Shown one piece after another: positions 35,458 to 47,739 of a stretch of 64,000 nucleotides of DNA. Within the stretch, counting starts at the first letter, position 1, and every line of letters starts with the position of its first letter. Source of the DNA: a virus; IMG/VR virus record IMGVR_UViG_3300045988_043972, positions 1 through 64,000 of that record, one strand, 5' to 3'. The notes beneath the pieces are model-generated. The model was not told the DNA's origin and ran no database searches. It was given only the letters and a program-made list of their open reading frames with translations. The position numbers and the translations under genes are program-made.

Positions 35458-36927
35458 TTACTCTGCTTCCATGATAAGTTCACCACAAGCTCTTGGGTCT
35501 CTCAACATGATACCCATTTCGCCCAGGAAGTAAACGGTATAACCGTCCTTACCATTAGATCTCAGAGTATTGATTGATTTACCATAACCTGACGGAAGAA
35601 CAGCACCACCAGTAGTCCAAGTAACGAATTCACGATCTTTACGAACTACTTTTACGATGTTAGCTTCACCATCACGTCTACCAAGATCAAGGAATGTCAT
35701 ACGATATGATTCCAACGGTTTCTTAGTAACCGGATGCAGTTTACGGTTGTACATCAGATCATCATACAATGGGAAGTATTTCAATGTGAGTTCAATGCCA
35801 TTAGTCATCTTGAATGTTTTGAACTGACCACCAAAAGTAAGGTTATCACCAGAACCTGTTACAAATACTGTATCAATCAAGTTCATGTTAACAACTTTTT
35901 CTTTAAGGATTCTGTCGAATTCTCTCATACCCATTTCACCAGTCAAGGCAACAAACTTACGTTCGTTAGTACCAAGTACATTGTAAGACAGGTCGAACAA
36001 GAAATCTTCCAACAGTTCTGCAGTCAATTCAGTGTAATAACGTCTGTTAGATGGAGCAATCTGTTCCAGCAAACCAGCACCGATAAATACCGGACGACCG
36101 TTAGTACCTTTCAAGTTACAAGAACCATCTTTGTTTACATTATTTTTCATGTAAACCAACATTCTTTCACATCTCTTATACCATTCTCTCATGGCTTTCC
36201 ATTCCTGATAATCTGCCCACAGATAAGATTTCTTACCTGTTTTCGGATCCTGCAATGCAATTGCCATTACAGTAGAATAAGCTGAACCAGTAATATCATA
36301 GTTAATACGAATTGTCGTCAGATAATTACGCATTTTAAAATGAGTACTATAGTTCAGGATATCACCTTCTTCACTGTATTCTTCTACAGCAGAAGCAAGA
36401 CGAGATACTTGACAACCCGGAGTCAACAGATCTGCAGGGATATAAGATGACGGCTGACCATCAGCTACGAAACAAGTGTACACCCAAAGATTACCATCTT
36501 GGTAAGGAGCACCTGCTACACGTACTTGGTATTCTTTATCATCAAATTCCAAGATTGCAGTAGGACCGAACCAGTTATCTTCAAGCCACAATTGGATAGG
36601 AGTATTTCCCAGACCTGGTGTAGAATCTGAAGTAATAGCTGCACCATTCCATCTTGCATCTCTAATAGTTACTGCTCTGTCAGCATCAATCATTACGTTC
36701 CATTCCCAGCTCGGTTGGTCAATAGTCATTACGTTACCAAGACCACCTGTCAACATATCCAGGGAAGTGTTGTAACCGCTATCCTTAGTTCCAAATACAT
36801 AAGACAATACGGTAGCAACCTGATACGGGTTCTATTGCGAAGCTGCACTGATTTTGGCAGTGTCAATCAAGTCTGAAAACCATTTACCTTTGTATAAAAC
36901 TAAGTTATTTAGAATATTATTATCCAT
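35458..36927 (-). CDS. Major capsid protein candidate, 489 aa (1 TAG near the N-terminus)
   Basis: Track ORF 35458..36807 extends in frame to ATG 36927. Size and position (portal, then acidic scaffold-like gene, then this gene) fit an MCP. No motif-level proof. Confidence 0.65.
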
Positions 36928-36962
36928 AAAATACTAGTAATTTTAATTTATTTAGTTTATTA

Positions 36963-38129
36963 TTAATTTGTACGCAACTGTTGCGCAAAAGACTTCCACA
37001 TATCTGTAGTGCTAGTGTTGTCCGTTTTCTTTGTTCTCCTACTTACACCAGTCTTATTCAGACTACTCTTAAACTTATTGATAGCAGTATTAGAACCTTC
37101 ATTCTTAGCTGCTTTCAGTAAAGTATCACCTTTCATAGTGAAGTAAGCGGATTCAAGCAAATTCTTTACGCTCTTAGACCAGTCTTTCTAATACTGTGTC
37201 TTACCCTCGGCGTCAGGCTTAAAGATATATTCTAACAAGGCTTTCTTGTCTTTTTCTGGTATCTTAATACCGCGAATATCATCCATGCCTTTTATTTCGT
37301 TGACAACGCTATTAAAGTATTCCTGTTGACGCTTTGCAGCAGCCTTAGCTTGGTTTTCTTGGTCTTTCAATAGCTGTTGTTTCTTTTGCTCTTTAATCTC
37401 TTTGAGGGCTTCTAAAGCATCTTCAGCCTCATCTTCAAGCAAACCAGCATCTTCATATTTGGACAATTTCTTTTCAATCTGTTTAGCATTAAATCCTTTC
37501 TCTTTCAAGAATTCTTTTACTACAAGTTTCTGGTTTACTTCATCGTCCTCAATACTAATCTCTTCAAGATCTAATTCTCCGTCAATCTCAAAGTAATCTC
37601 TCAGATTGCCACCATTCTTAACAAAGTTGTCCAATGCTTCTACTTCCTCACTGGCATACTGAGGTACTGAGTTCTCTTCGATTACTGATTGAAAATAGTC
37701 AACAAGCTCTTCAGGAGTAGAAGGAACTTCATCTTCTTCATCTAGTTCCCAGCCCATTTTCTCTGCCATTACTCCGAAGAATGCGCTCACTGCATTAGTG
37801 TCATCATCAGTTTCTTCAGTTTCTGTACTTCCCTCGTCTTCTCCAGTTGAATTATCATCTTTTTCAACTTCTTTATCCTTCCCGGTCTTCTTTTTAGCAG
37901 GCGTGTCCTCCTTTTCATCCTCTTTAGTCGAATTATCATCTTCTTTGTCTTTTTTAGGATTACGTAATGCTTCAAGTTCCTCGTCAGTCAATTCTTCTCC
38001 AGCAGCATCTATATCCGGATTAATAACTTCTTCTTCCTGTTCAGTCTGCTGTGTTTCTTTTTTTGGTACATTAGCTCCTGGCAGGAAGTCTTCAAATACT
38101 TCAAAACCGTTTAATGTAATTTCTTCCAT
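36963..38129 (-). CDS. Acidic coiled-coil scaffold-like protein, 388 aa (1 TAG)
   Basis: Track ORFs 37188..38129 and 36963..37160 are joined in frame by TAG 37190-37188. Long D/E/K-rich stretches. Lies directly upstream of the MCP candidate. Confidence 0.6.
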
Positions 38130-38147
38130 AATTATATATAATTAGAT

Positions 38148-38387
38148 TTATTTTTTCTTTCTTCCTTTATGTTTCCACTTCTTAGCATTCTAAGCAAAGA
38201 TAGCTCTCTTACGAGTCAATGGGTTTTTGCTATGTGTAAGTTCTTCAGTACTTTTGCCAGTACGTTTCTTTAAGGCATTAAACTTACCTCTATTCTCTTT
38301 CTTGATATGTATGCCACCATCCTTATACTTAGGAATTGGATATTCTGGCATTATCAGCGCCATATCTATTTGATATGAATTATCCAT
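38148..38387 (-). CDS. Small basic protein, 79 aa if TAG is read through
   Basis: Track ORF 38190..38387 ends at TAG. 13 further in-frame codons (NAKKWKHKGRKKK) reach TAA 38150-38148. Confidence 0.5.
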
Positions 38388-39649
38388 TATACTATAGTGT
38401 TATTATCGTTATTATTTACTATAGGTATCATCTGAAAGTCCTTGTTGAATAACTTAGGACTTCTATAAAGATTGAAGATTGCTTTGATATTATTGAAGCT
38501 TTCTCTAGGAGCATCAATTATTTCCTTCTTCAAATTCTTATAACTACCTGTATAGTTTCCTCTATTTAGTTTACCTTTCTGATTCAAGTAATTCCTAAAC
38601 TAATTCATGTAGCTCTTGATTTCAGTACCCTGTAATATGTTATTGTACATATCCCTGGTCATATTAGGATACATAGTCTTAGCCTGATTGAATGGGATGA
38701 ATTTGCTCTTGTCTCCAAGTTTTCTTAAGAACTCATTATTCATGCCAGCTGCACCGTCTACCAAGTGACCCATTTCATGAAGCACTACACTATTAGGAAT
38801 ATCTTCTGGTGTTTTGATCATGTCTCTATTGAAATACATAGTATTTCCTTCTGAAGGAGTAACTTGTGCTCCAATAGTAGGTCTTTCCATCTTCTTGTAT
38901 TTCGGTTCTGGAAGTTGGAAGTATTCATCAATATCAACATATTTCTCTAACATACTATCATACACCTTCAGATAATCTGTACCATACTGATGATCCACAG
39001 CCTTTGCTCTTTCTCTAGCATACGGTTCCTGCATTAAATCGTATGTTCTATTACGTTGATCATTTATCTCTTCAACTAGACTTAATGGCATGTCTGAATA
39101 ACTTTTCTGCTCATGTAGAGCCTTATCTATAACATTCTATTTATAGTTAGGGTCCACTTTAGGAATATAAGTACTCTTAGGTTTACTGATTTTCTTAGAA
39201 GATCTAACAGCAACTCCTCCAAAACTAGGCACAAAAGGGACTAGACCCAAAGCTGCTAATCCTGCATTTCCCCAGTCTTTGTTCCTTAAAGCTTTATAAG
39301 TATCATATACAGATATAGCGTCTCCCACAGGTGTTACGTTCGCAGCGTCTTCTATATCTCCTACTGGCCTTAATCCTCTAATGAATGGTTTCCCAGTGAA
39401 TCTATCAATCTCATCACTACTATTGTTATAATAATCAGCCAACTGATCTTCAGTATACTTACGCCCATATCTATCTTTATATAATTTACCTTTATATGGT
39501 TGAGGCTCTTCAGGAATTATAGGTTTGTTGTTAGGTGGTATCTCTCCTCCTTCAGCATACTTTTTAAAGTCAAGATAAGTCTTACCGGGATTCTACTCCC
39601 GGTACTACTTCAACTATTGCATCCTATTTCTAAATGCTTGTCTGTCCAT
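38387..39649 (-). CDS. 420-aa virion-module protein with HExxH zinc-metallopeptidase motif (5 TAG)
   Basis: Track ORFs 39137..39442, 38600..39091 and 38387..38587 share one frame from ATG 39649. Motif VVLHEMGHLVDG. Confidence 0.65.
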
Positions 39650-39697
39650 AACCTTATTTCTTTACAGGTTTCTTTCCGCCTTTCTTGCATCCCATAA

Positions 39698-40051
39698 TTA
39701 ATCCTCCTTATAACTTTTAATTTTACAGTACTTCAACCAAGAATAATGTTTCCTAGTCTCAGGGTAAGTGTAGTTATCATCATTATTGTGAGCTTCCTCT
39801 TCAAAGCTAACATCGTGATATACTACATCTTGCTTGTCAAAGAATCTAAGTAGTCTAATAATACAGTACTCTATTCCATACCATAAGTAAAATGGTAACC
39901 ATAGCATCTCTTGCATCTACTTCAAATGAATCTTCTCGTGATTATATTCTTTAGCATTTATTTTAGATGCATCTCTAGTAAATATTAAGCCAAATAGATT
40001 TATATATTTATAACCCTTAAAAGGTATCCATTTATTCTGTATTACTCTCAT
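39698..40051 (-). CDS. Small HExxH-motif protein, 117 aa (1 TAG)
   Basis: Frame from ATG 40051 crosses one TAG into track ORF 39698..39916. Motif NHEKIHLKQ. Confidence 0.55.
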
Positions 40052-40052
40052 A

Positions 40053-42557
40053 TTATTTCTCTCCCGCTACTTTATTCTTTAATGCTGTTCTAGCTTTAAT
40101 TCTTTCTCTTTCAAGAGCCGCATCATCTTTTTGTTTTTGGATATCTTTTTGAGCTTGCAATTTCTGTTTTTCAAGTTCAATCTTCTTATCCTCTATCTCC
40201 TTCTTCAATTGTTGTTCACGCATTTTAGCATTGAACTCAAACTGTTTAGAAGCTTCTTCTGATGCTTGCTTTCTCTCTTCAAGTGCTTGTGCTGCTATTT
40301 CCATAGTATCTGGAATACCATTATCATTCTGATCTTGATCTTCCAAACCTCTATAAGCATTAAGTTGAGCTACTGTAATCTTAGTTGCATTATTCTGATC
40401 AATCTCATATTTCTTAAGATCCATTTCTGCTTCTTTGATCATTAACTCTTCTTCCTTAACCTCATTCTGCATTTGTAACATCTACTGTTCACGTTCAGCT
40501 TGTGCTTGTTCCATAGCTTGCTGTTGTTCCATACGTTTCTGTTCAATTTCCTCTAATCTATTTTTGATCATAGTAACATTGTCCAGAGTAATGATTTCAG
40601 CAATATCTAATAGACTAGCACCATTCTGCATAGCAGGTTGCATAAGGTTCTTAAGTGCTTCTATCTATTGTTGATTCTTAGTAGTATCTTCTACAAATAT
40701 ATCGAAATCTTCATAGAACATATCATCATTAAGAGTTATAAATGCTCTAGTAGCATCATCAAATACATATTGTAAACTCGTTTTACTATCCTTCCAAGCA
40801 TACTTAGCTGTATTTAATAGCATGATCAAACACTCTCTCTTTACTTGGTTATGAACCCAAAACCATGGCTCTGTAATATGAGCTGATTGTACTACAGATC
40901 TTTCTACATTACCTACTAATTCATTAGATGAAATAGAACCTTCACGTTGTTTAGATACACCAGTTATCTCTGACAACATGGCTTCTATCTTATCCATCAA
41001 TGCTATATACTGATCAATAGTATTAGCCATAGTAAGATCTAATGCTGTGATCTGATTGAACTATGACGGTTTACCTCCTTCTCTACCAGGTATATCCCAA
41101 CCTTCTTCATATGGGTTGATAAAGTTAACCCCAAGTGCAGATAAGTAATGCATCCACTTAGCTACGTCTATATTCATAGACTTAGGAATCTAAGTAATAT
41201 CCATATTTACTACTTTACCCTTATCTCTTGACATAGCAAGTTCTAGACGATACCAAAGTACAATATACATGTACTGTAATGGTTTCATCATGCTTACTAA
41301 TGATCTAGGTCTACTATTAGTATTATTGTATATTACTCCAGTATACGGTAATCTCTATGCATTAGGATTATCGGCAGATACATGTTGGTACTCAATAGGA
41401 CCCATACCAAAGTAAAGATCATCTCCTGCTCTATATCCTTCCCATGTCTCAATGATCCATTTCCATTCTACACTTATTTCAGTACCTGTCTCATTGTATG
41501 ATTCATCTACAATATATTCTACCGGTTCTCCTGTTTCAGGGTCTGCAATAGTAACAAATGCTATCTTTCTAAATGACTACCAACAACAATGCCATACACT
41601 AATTGCATTAGTACTATCAAACGGGTTAGATGTAAACCCATTAATACTATGAGTCTTTATATGTGGGTAGTCTAACGATGTCTTTCTTACTTCAGGATTG
41701 AACCCTCCTTTAGACGTATCATCCATCATGTCTAGGAGCTGATTTAGCTGCTTCTCAGACAGTTTATCATAATACCTGTCATATATATCAGTAGCAGATA
41801 ATTTCATCTCATATACGCACCATTGAGCGTCATGGATATACTCTAAGTCTGAAGTATCTGTATCGTAATCAAAGTAAATAGGATTAATGCGCTCTAGGCA
41901 GGGATTACCATTCTGTATACCTACGTAATAGATCTCCTCCCCGCCTATTAGTGCATCCTTCCAGCCTTTATAGAACTCATGTGTAATATTAAGTTTATTC
42001 TTTAAATAATTCAAACTATGGTATGCAGTTATCTCTGCTATATCCTTATAGTCTTTACTCATGTATTTCTGTATCTATTCAGGAGGCATAATCTCACCAG
42101 ACTGCAATGCTTGCTGATATCTAGCTTGTTCTTCTGGACCTAGCTTACTCATGATAGTAGCTTGTATGTACTGAATAAGGAGTTCTTTAGCCTTATCCTA
42201 CATCTCACTAGTAGCTATCTCACTAGTACGTACTACTTTGAAGTTAAACGGTCTTTTTGTTTCTTCTCCTAATAGTAGGTCAATCTTAGGCTTAACTATA
42301 TTATAGTCCTATGCCATTGCAGGAAATCCATCCTATTGCTTAAATGGATTAGTAACATACTTTAGATCTTTCTCATTGTATATACTATTATAAAGATCAT
42401 AGTATGTCTACATTTCCTCTTTGCGAGTTCTGTTATTGCCATTTCTAGAACCTCCCATACTTCTACCTATAATATAGTCTACACAAGATTCTTTCCAGTC
42501 TTGTGTCTTCTTAGAAGATGGTAATTTCTATATTGGAAACTGATTGATATTTCTCAT
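40053..42557 (-). CDS. Portal protein candidate, 834 aa (12 TAG)
   Basis: Hand scan from ATG 42557 to TAA 40055-40053 found 12 in-frame TAG and no TAA/TGA. Joins track ORFs 41577..42062, 40665..41030 and 40053..40481. Immediately downstream of terL; Q/E/K-rich coiled-coil C-terminus. Confidence 0.7.
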
Positions 42558-42559
42558 AA

Positions 42560-44524
42560 TTAAAACATATATGCTTTTAGATTATCAATGGATTCATCGT
42601 CATGAAACCATTCTTGAGTAAAGATAGGACCTTCAAATAGTATCCTATTCTTATTCTCTTTTTTCTTCTCTTTAACCTTTACATTATAGAGCTGTTCTCT
42701 ATAAATCATTACTTGCATCAACGCCATGACCCTATCGAAGTTTCCAGTGTCATTATAGCTTATAAGTTCTTCTAATAGCGGCTCTGATAGTATGTTATGT
42801 AGGTTCTTCTTACCAGGTGCTTGTTCTTCGTTTAGCCAATCTTTGATTAAGCCTTCACCCCATTGCTTAATCTGTTTATTCATATGACAACCCTTCTTTC
42901 TCTATACTTTAGTATTACCTACTATATCAGATATAATATCAGGTTGATCAGCCAATAGATAATCACAATGCTTAGCAGTAAAGTAAGGAAATAAGCCTTT
43001 ACGCTCATTTTCATACATTATCCTACCATTATAGTATACTGCTAGCTTACGTAGGTTTTCATAGTATTCTTCAGCTGTTGATGGACGTCCAGTATATTCA
43101 GCAACAATTATATCATAATAGTTCTCAAAGTCCTAGAATCGCTTATATACGAATGTAGATCCTAATGAGTTAGTACCAGACTAATCATGGTCATACGGGT
43201 CAACTCCTAATATGTATAGTCCTATAGGAGCATCTTTCATTGGGTGTTCCCATATTACTATTGAACCTGTAGGATCATCGTCTTTTTTCAAAGGATAATG
43301 CGTAATATCACCGTGTTTCTTAATAACCCATTTAAGTGACCCATCTGTTTCCCATACTAGATCACCTACTTGTTTCATATTACTAAGGCTCTTATTGATA
43401 CGTATTTTGGCTAATTGCTCTTGTAATTCCTTTTTAGGGAATATGTTACCACCAAACTCCAAACACGCTTCCTAGGGCGTTATACAGTGTTCTGCAACGT
43501 ATCTATCTACTGCTACAGAGTTAGTAGCATTTTCTATTACTTTTCTACGCTCAGCTAATATATACTCTACAGACTTTCTACGTAACGTATTTCCATCATT
43601 GTCCATGTATATTCTGTTACCAGCATCATCACGGAAGTCCATGTTAGTATACTGAGGTATAAAGAATCCACACTTTTTATCTGATGGAGTTTCATCCCAT
43701 ATGTTATCAAATCCTATACAGTTATAACCATCTGGATTATAGAACATATCTTTAAGAGTCTCAAAATGGCTATCTTCGTCACCACCTGTACCGAATGCAA
43801 TCATAGTACCGAATGCCATGCCATCTTGCTCTACAGACGGTCTAGCAATCTGCCATGCAGCACCTAGTTCTGAGAATGAACCAGCTTCTTCAAAGATAAT
43901 TAATTTACCAGCTTTACCACGAACTACGTCAGGATTATCTTTTAGAGTAACACCAATTATTTCTGACTTGAAACCTAATTCTATCTCATTACCATACTCA
44001 TCTTTAGTAAAGAATCCAGCACGTTTACGCATCTAAGTATTAACAGATCTTTTCTTACCCCAAGCTGTATTCTTATCTATAAAGTCCATATAGTCCCATG
44101 CTTTAGTAAGAATACCGTCTTCTGTTAAATACTGTTTATTACTAGCATATATGTATGTTTTACTACCAGCAAATAAGTAATAGTTACGACAAGCCATGGC
44201 TGCATTCTTATAAGAATAACCTTTACGTCTACTCTTCAATGCACATAAATGTTTGCCTTCTCCTTCAGCATCTTCTACCGCTTGAAAGAAGTAATAGTCG
44301 TAATCGTAGAAATCTGGAAACTATAGATCACGTGTCTTTTTTATCTTAGTAGATCCATCTGGATTGTTTATAGTAGTATAGATAATTCTTTGAATGGGAC
44401 AGAAGTTTAAATAAAAATAGTTATACCCACTGATGAAATCTCCATCATCAGCTGTATAACCATATTTACATCTGTCCATCTATTCGTCCCAGTATTTAAA
44501 GTACTCTGATGTACCTTCTGGGTA
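42560..44524 (-). CDS. terL: Terminase large subunit, main (3') exon
   Basis: One frame joins track ORFs 44033..44239, 43472..44032, 43181..43462 and 42560..42883 through TAG only. Motifs ..ALKSRRKGYS.., ..KLIIFEEAGSF.., ..ILGVDPYDHD... The upstream boundary is approximate. Confidence 0.8.
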
Positions 44525-45309
44525 CTAACAATAAGAGCCGACTTCGAGAAATCTCAGAGCCGGCTGTCTAAACTTATTGCTGTTTTTTATCTATTTATTG
44601 AAGTCTACCATCTTGTGAATTACTTAATCTGTATCTTTTAGGATATCTTTTATATAGAGTATCTTCTTTATATATAATATAATGTATAGTTCCTTTACTG
44701 GATATATTATATTTATTCATTAATTGAGTATATGTAAAACCAGATTCTCTATCTTTTCTTATATTTTCTACTATATCTGCAGAGTATTTTCTACGTATTT
44801 GACCACAATTAATAGATATCAGTTCTTTTGGAATATCGTGTTTATTGTCTTTAATAGTTCCTATTCCTATATTATCGTAAGAATTATCATATCTATCTCC
44901 ATTCAAGTGTCTTACTACTATTCCATCTTCATAAATTTTATCACCAAACTTTTGATATGCTTGTAACCTGTGAATCATACAATGTACCTTCTTATTTTCT
45001 CTTCTAGGTCCTATTCTTATATCGAAATTGTAGTAATCTCTCTTACGATCTTTTATCCTACCTTTTACTTGTACTCCATTTCTGTTTAAAAGAATTCCAT
45101 CTTTTGTGACAGTGTAACCCTTAATAAGGGCTAATTCTTCTGGTTTTATCATACTTCTTTAATTTTTAATTGGTCGGCGTAGTAGGAGTCAAACCCACCC
45201 GGTCGGCTTCAGAGGCCACACGGTTTTAGAGACCGTCCATGCAATCGTACATCATACGCCGAAATGTGCCGGGGAATACTTATTGTCCATCCCCGTTGGA
45301 CGTCTTGTA
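44525..45309 (-). mobile_element. Probable group I-type intron carrying an HNH homing-endonuclease ORF (boundaries approximate)
   Basis: G+C-rich structured segments flank the HNH ORF. Examples: CGGCGTA..TACGCCG long-range pair and ACGGT-CTCTAAA-ACCGT upstream; CAATAAG..CTTATTG enclosing a 12-bp hairpin downstream. The insert ends in G just before TACCCAGAAGG. Confidence 0.5.
44595..45152 (-). CDS. HNH homing endonuclease, 185 aa
   Basis: ..VHCMIHRLQAYQKFG..VVRHLNGDRYDNSYDNIGIGTIKDNKHD.. is an HNH_3-like pattern, followed by a C-terminal helix-turn-helix-like region. No TAG. Confidence 0.8.
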   Translation of the reverse strand: MIKPEELALIKGYTVTKDGILLNRNGVQVKGRIKDRKRDYYNFDIRIGPRRENKKVHCMIHRLQAYQKFGDKIYEDGIVVRHLNGDRYDNSYDNIGIGTIKDNKHDIPKELISINCGQIRRKYSADIVENIRKDRESGFTYTQLMNKYNISSKGTIHYIIYKEDTLYKRYPKRYRLSNSQDGRLQ

Positions 45310-45447
45310 TCAGAACCAAGATTTAATTCTTTGCCACAATGAAGGCTTTTTCGCCTTCATTATAGCTTCATGAGCTTCATAGATATCAGCCCAGAATTTC
45401 TCTGCACCTTGTGTTGCATCAATCGAAATAATCATCTGCTTTTTCAT
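45310..45447 (-). CDS. terL: Candidate terL 5' exon (45-codon ORF ending at TGA inside the structured insert)
   Basis: Sequence MKKQMIISIDATQGAEKFWADIYEAHEAIMKAKKPSLWQRIKSWF. It could instead be an independent small gene. Confidence 0.4.
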   Translation of the reverse strand: MKKQMIISIDATQGAEKFWADIYEAHEAIMKAKKPSLWQRIKSWF

Positions 45448-45507
45448 ATTAGTTTAGTTTTATAACACCTATAACGTGTTGTTTATTTTATGTTGTTTTT
45501 TACTGTA

Positions 45508-46041
45508 TTATCCTGCCAACTCATAAGGATTAACCTTGGCGTCGCCTTTTACTTTACCCATTGCTAATTCTTCAGCTTGAACCATAGATTTTAAAGCCTC
45601 TATACTCTTAATAGTATTGGCAGTAGATCCCATTCCAGCTAGCAAATCTTTAATCTTTTTCTCGTCCAAACAATCATCTAGTGAATCTTCATACCACTTT
45701 GTAACAGAGTCTAGTTTGTTCATTTGAGCGTCTAGCATCTTAAGTATCCTAGTATTTTGCCAGTCTATGTATTCTTGTTCAGCTATCTTTTCATCTTCAG
45801 TAAGCTGATAATTTACATCGTTGAATACTTGCTCTTTTAACCTTATTTCCCTAGTAGAAGCATCCATGCTCTTCTTATATGGGCTACTCCACTTGTGCAT
45901 AAGTACTATATAAGTAATAACAAGCTCTTGATGAATCTTATCTTCTGAAGTATCTTGTTCGTATAACTTTTTAAATGCTGGTACAAAGTATAAGTCAGGA
46001 TGAATTACTACTTTACCGCCTACTATATCAACAAGATTCAT
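45508..46041 (-). CDS. Hypothetical protein upstream of terL, 177 aa (small-terminase position)
   Basis: Intact track ORF. The small-terminase idea rests on position only. Confidence 0.6.
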   Translation of the reverse strand: MNLVDIVGGKVVIHPDLYFVPAFKKLYEQDTSEDKIHQELVITYIVLMHKWSSPYKKSMDASTREIRLKEQVFNDVNYQLTEDEKIAEQEYIDWQNTRILKMLDAQMNKLDSVTKWYEDSLDDCLDEKKIKDLLAGMGSTANTIKSIEALKSMVQAEELAMGKVKGDAKVNPYELAG

Positions 46042-46354
46042 TCTTTTCTTCTTTATATTCTTTGTGATACTTCATTTTCTCTAAAGCTTTATTCAGATCA
46101 TAAGCAGCAACTTTGTCTGTAATGACTATTACTTCAGTCATTTCCTTATTCTCTTTCTTAGAGAAATAATATATTGGAATGACGATATCTCCAGCATTAA
46201 CATCAATCAACTAAGTTTCCGTGATTACTTGTCCACTCTTTTGTGGAGAGTACATTTCATTACAATATACATATGTTGGGCTACAATATCCTATGCTGTT
46301 AGTATCAGTATCGTATACTACGATACGACCTCTTTTAATTAAAATCTTTTCCAT
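46028..46354 (-). CDS. Hypothetical protein, 108 aa (1 TAG); first recoded gene in the transcription direction
   Basis: ATG 46354 overlaps the upstream TGA. The frame crosses TAG into track ORF 46028..46210. Confidence 0.55.
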
Positions 46355-46725
46355 CACTTTTCTCCAATTGATCCACAATCACAACAAACTTTCTCACCAG
46401 ACACTGCTTCTCTTGCTTTTTTATCAGCCTCTAATTTCTCAGTCATTCTACGATAATAGTCCTTCAATTCTGGATTATTTATTACTATATATTCTTTATC
46501 TTCAAAACTATCAGTAATACTGTACATCTTAAATAGCACATCATGCTTTTTTACTTCAATAGTCTTCTTATTGCCATCTTTATCAGTTATTTCTAAGATG
46601 CCATCTTCTGGTATAAGATAACGATAATCAATGTCACTACAGTAACCTATTGGTTCAAATTCTTCTTTCTCGAAATCTACTCTATAGATATCTCTATCAT
46701 TTACTCTTGCACAAAACTTTACCAT
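46354..46725 (-). CDS. Hypothetical protein, 123 aa
   Basis: Intact track ORF. Confidence 0.6.
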   Translation of the reverse strand: MVKFCARVNDRDIYRVDFEKEEFEPIGYCSDIDYRYLIPEDGILEITDKDGNKKTIEVKKHDVLFKMYSITDSFEDKEYIVINNPELKDYYRRMTEKLEADKKAREAVSGEKVCCDCGSIGEK

Positions 46726-46758
46726 AATTAATCAATTCTATAACCTGTTAATCTTTCT

Positions 46759-47169
46759 TTACGCAATCTCGCTACTATCGCCATTGCACTCCTCAGAGAC
46801 ACATTCGGATTCGTGTAGTTCTTCAGTGTCTGATACTTCTGTATTATCTGTTGATAATTCTGTAGTTCCTGTTCCAGACTCTCTTTCGTTATATTTGGTT
46901 TCATACTTTTCAGCTAAACGTTTACATATGATATCAACTTCTGTAGATCTATCTTTAGGATCCTTACCAGCTTTTCCTTCTTCTACCATTAGTGTAGTAA
47001 GTTCGTCAATCATATCATTGGTAAAATCTTCATAAGTAATAATACCTTCAGTAATTACTGTATCAAGGATTTTATACATTTTTTTCATGTCTTTGGAAGC
47101 CATTTCAATATTCTTATTGAAATTCTCCATTTCAAGCTTCCACATCATCAGACTCTCTTCGTGTGTCAT
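46759..47169 (-). CDS. Acidic hypothetical protein, 136 aa
   Basis: Intact track ORF with an acidic, Cys-containing C-terminus. Confidence 0.6.
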   Translation of the reverse strand: MTHEESLMMWKLEMENFNKNIEMASKDMKKMYKILDTVITEGIITYEDFTNDMIDELTTLMVEEGKAGKDPKDRSTEVDIICKRLAEKYETKYNERESGTGTTELSTDNTEVSDTEELHESECVSEECNGDSSEIA

Positions 47170-47593
47170 ATTCTCTTTTTATATTTACTAATGTTTTACT
47201 TATGCACCCCGCTGCCCAACCTACTAAGTATGCGTATTGTTCATTGTGATTTACAAACGACTGTGTATACATCCCTAGTTCATCAAATATATAGTCAGCT
47301 ACATGGACTGCTTCATGAGCCTCACTACCTTTTTCTAAACTGGCATCCATTATTATTACTAAGGCTCCGTATTCACCAGTTGCTTTATGTGTTACAGGAC
47401 AAGTAAGCCATCCATCTTTAGTAGTGTTATATTCTTCAACTAGTTCACTATAAGCAGATGTACATTCTTGTTTAGTATCATCTAACTTATTGAATGTAAA
47501 GATCTTATTTAGTCCAATAACGTCTCCAGTTACCCATAATTTACGAGGGTATACTATTGGATCGTATCTATCTACTTTTGGCATCTTCTTCAT
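47132..47593 (-). CDS. Hypothetical protein with HExxH motif, 153 aa
   Basis: Intact track ORF. Motif SEAHEAVHVADY. Confidence 0.6.
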   Translation of the reverse strand: MKKMPKVDRYDPIVYPRKLWVTGDVIGLNKIFTFNKLDDTKQECTSAYSELVEEYNTTKDGWLTCPVTHKATGEYGALVIIMDASLEKGSEAHEAVHVADYIFDELGMYTQSFVNHNEQYAYLVGWAAGCISKTLVNIKREYDTRRESDDVEA

Positions 47594-47739
47594 ATCTCTT
47601 CTTTACTTTAAATTTACCCAAGTAAGCCATCATAACCGGTTTAGGATCAAATTCTGTTATGGCTTTGTTAGCAAATTTAAATGGGCTGTTGCATATTACT
47701 TCTATTACTTGATACGGTATATTGTATTTATTACTAAGT

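Noticed and set aside
45170-45260. tRNA within the G+C-rich segment upstream of the HNH ORF
   Set aside because: GGTCGGC occurs twice as a direct repeat, not an inverted one. The T-loop-like TTTGACT lacks the conserved C. The segment fits intron secondary structure better.
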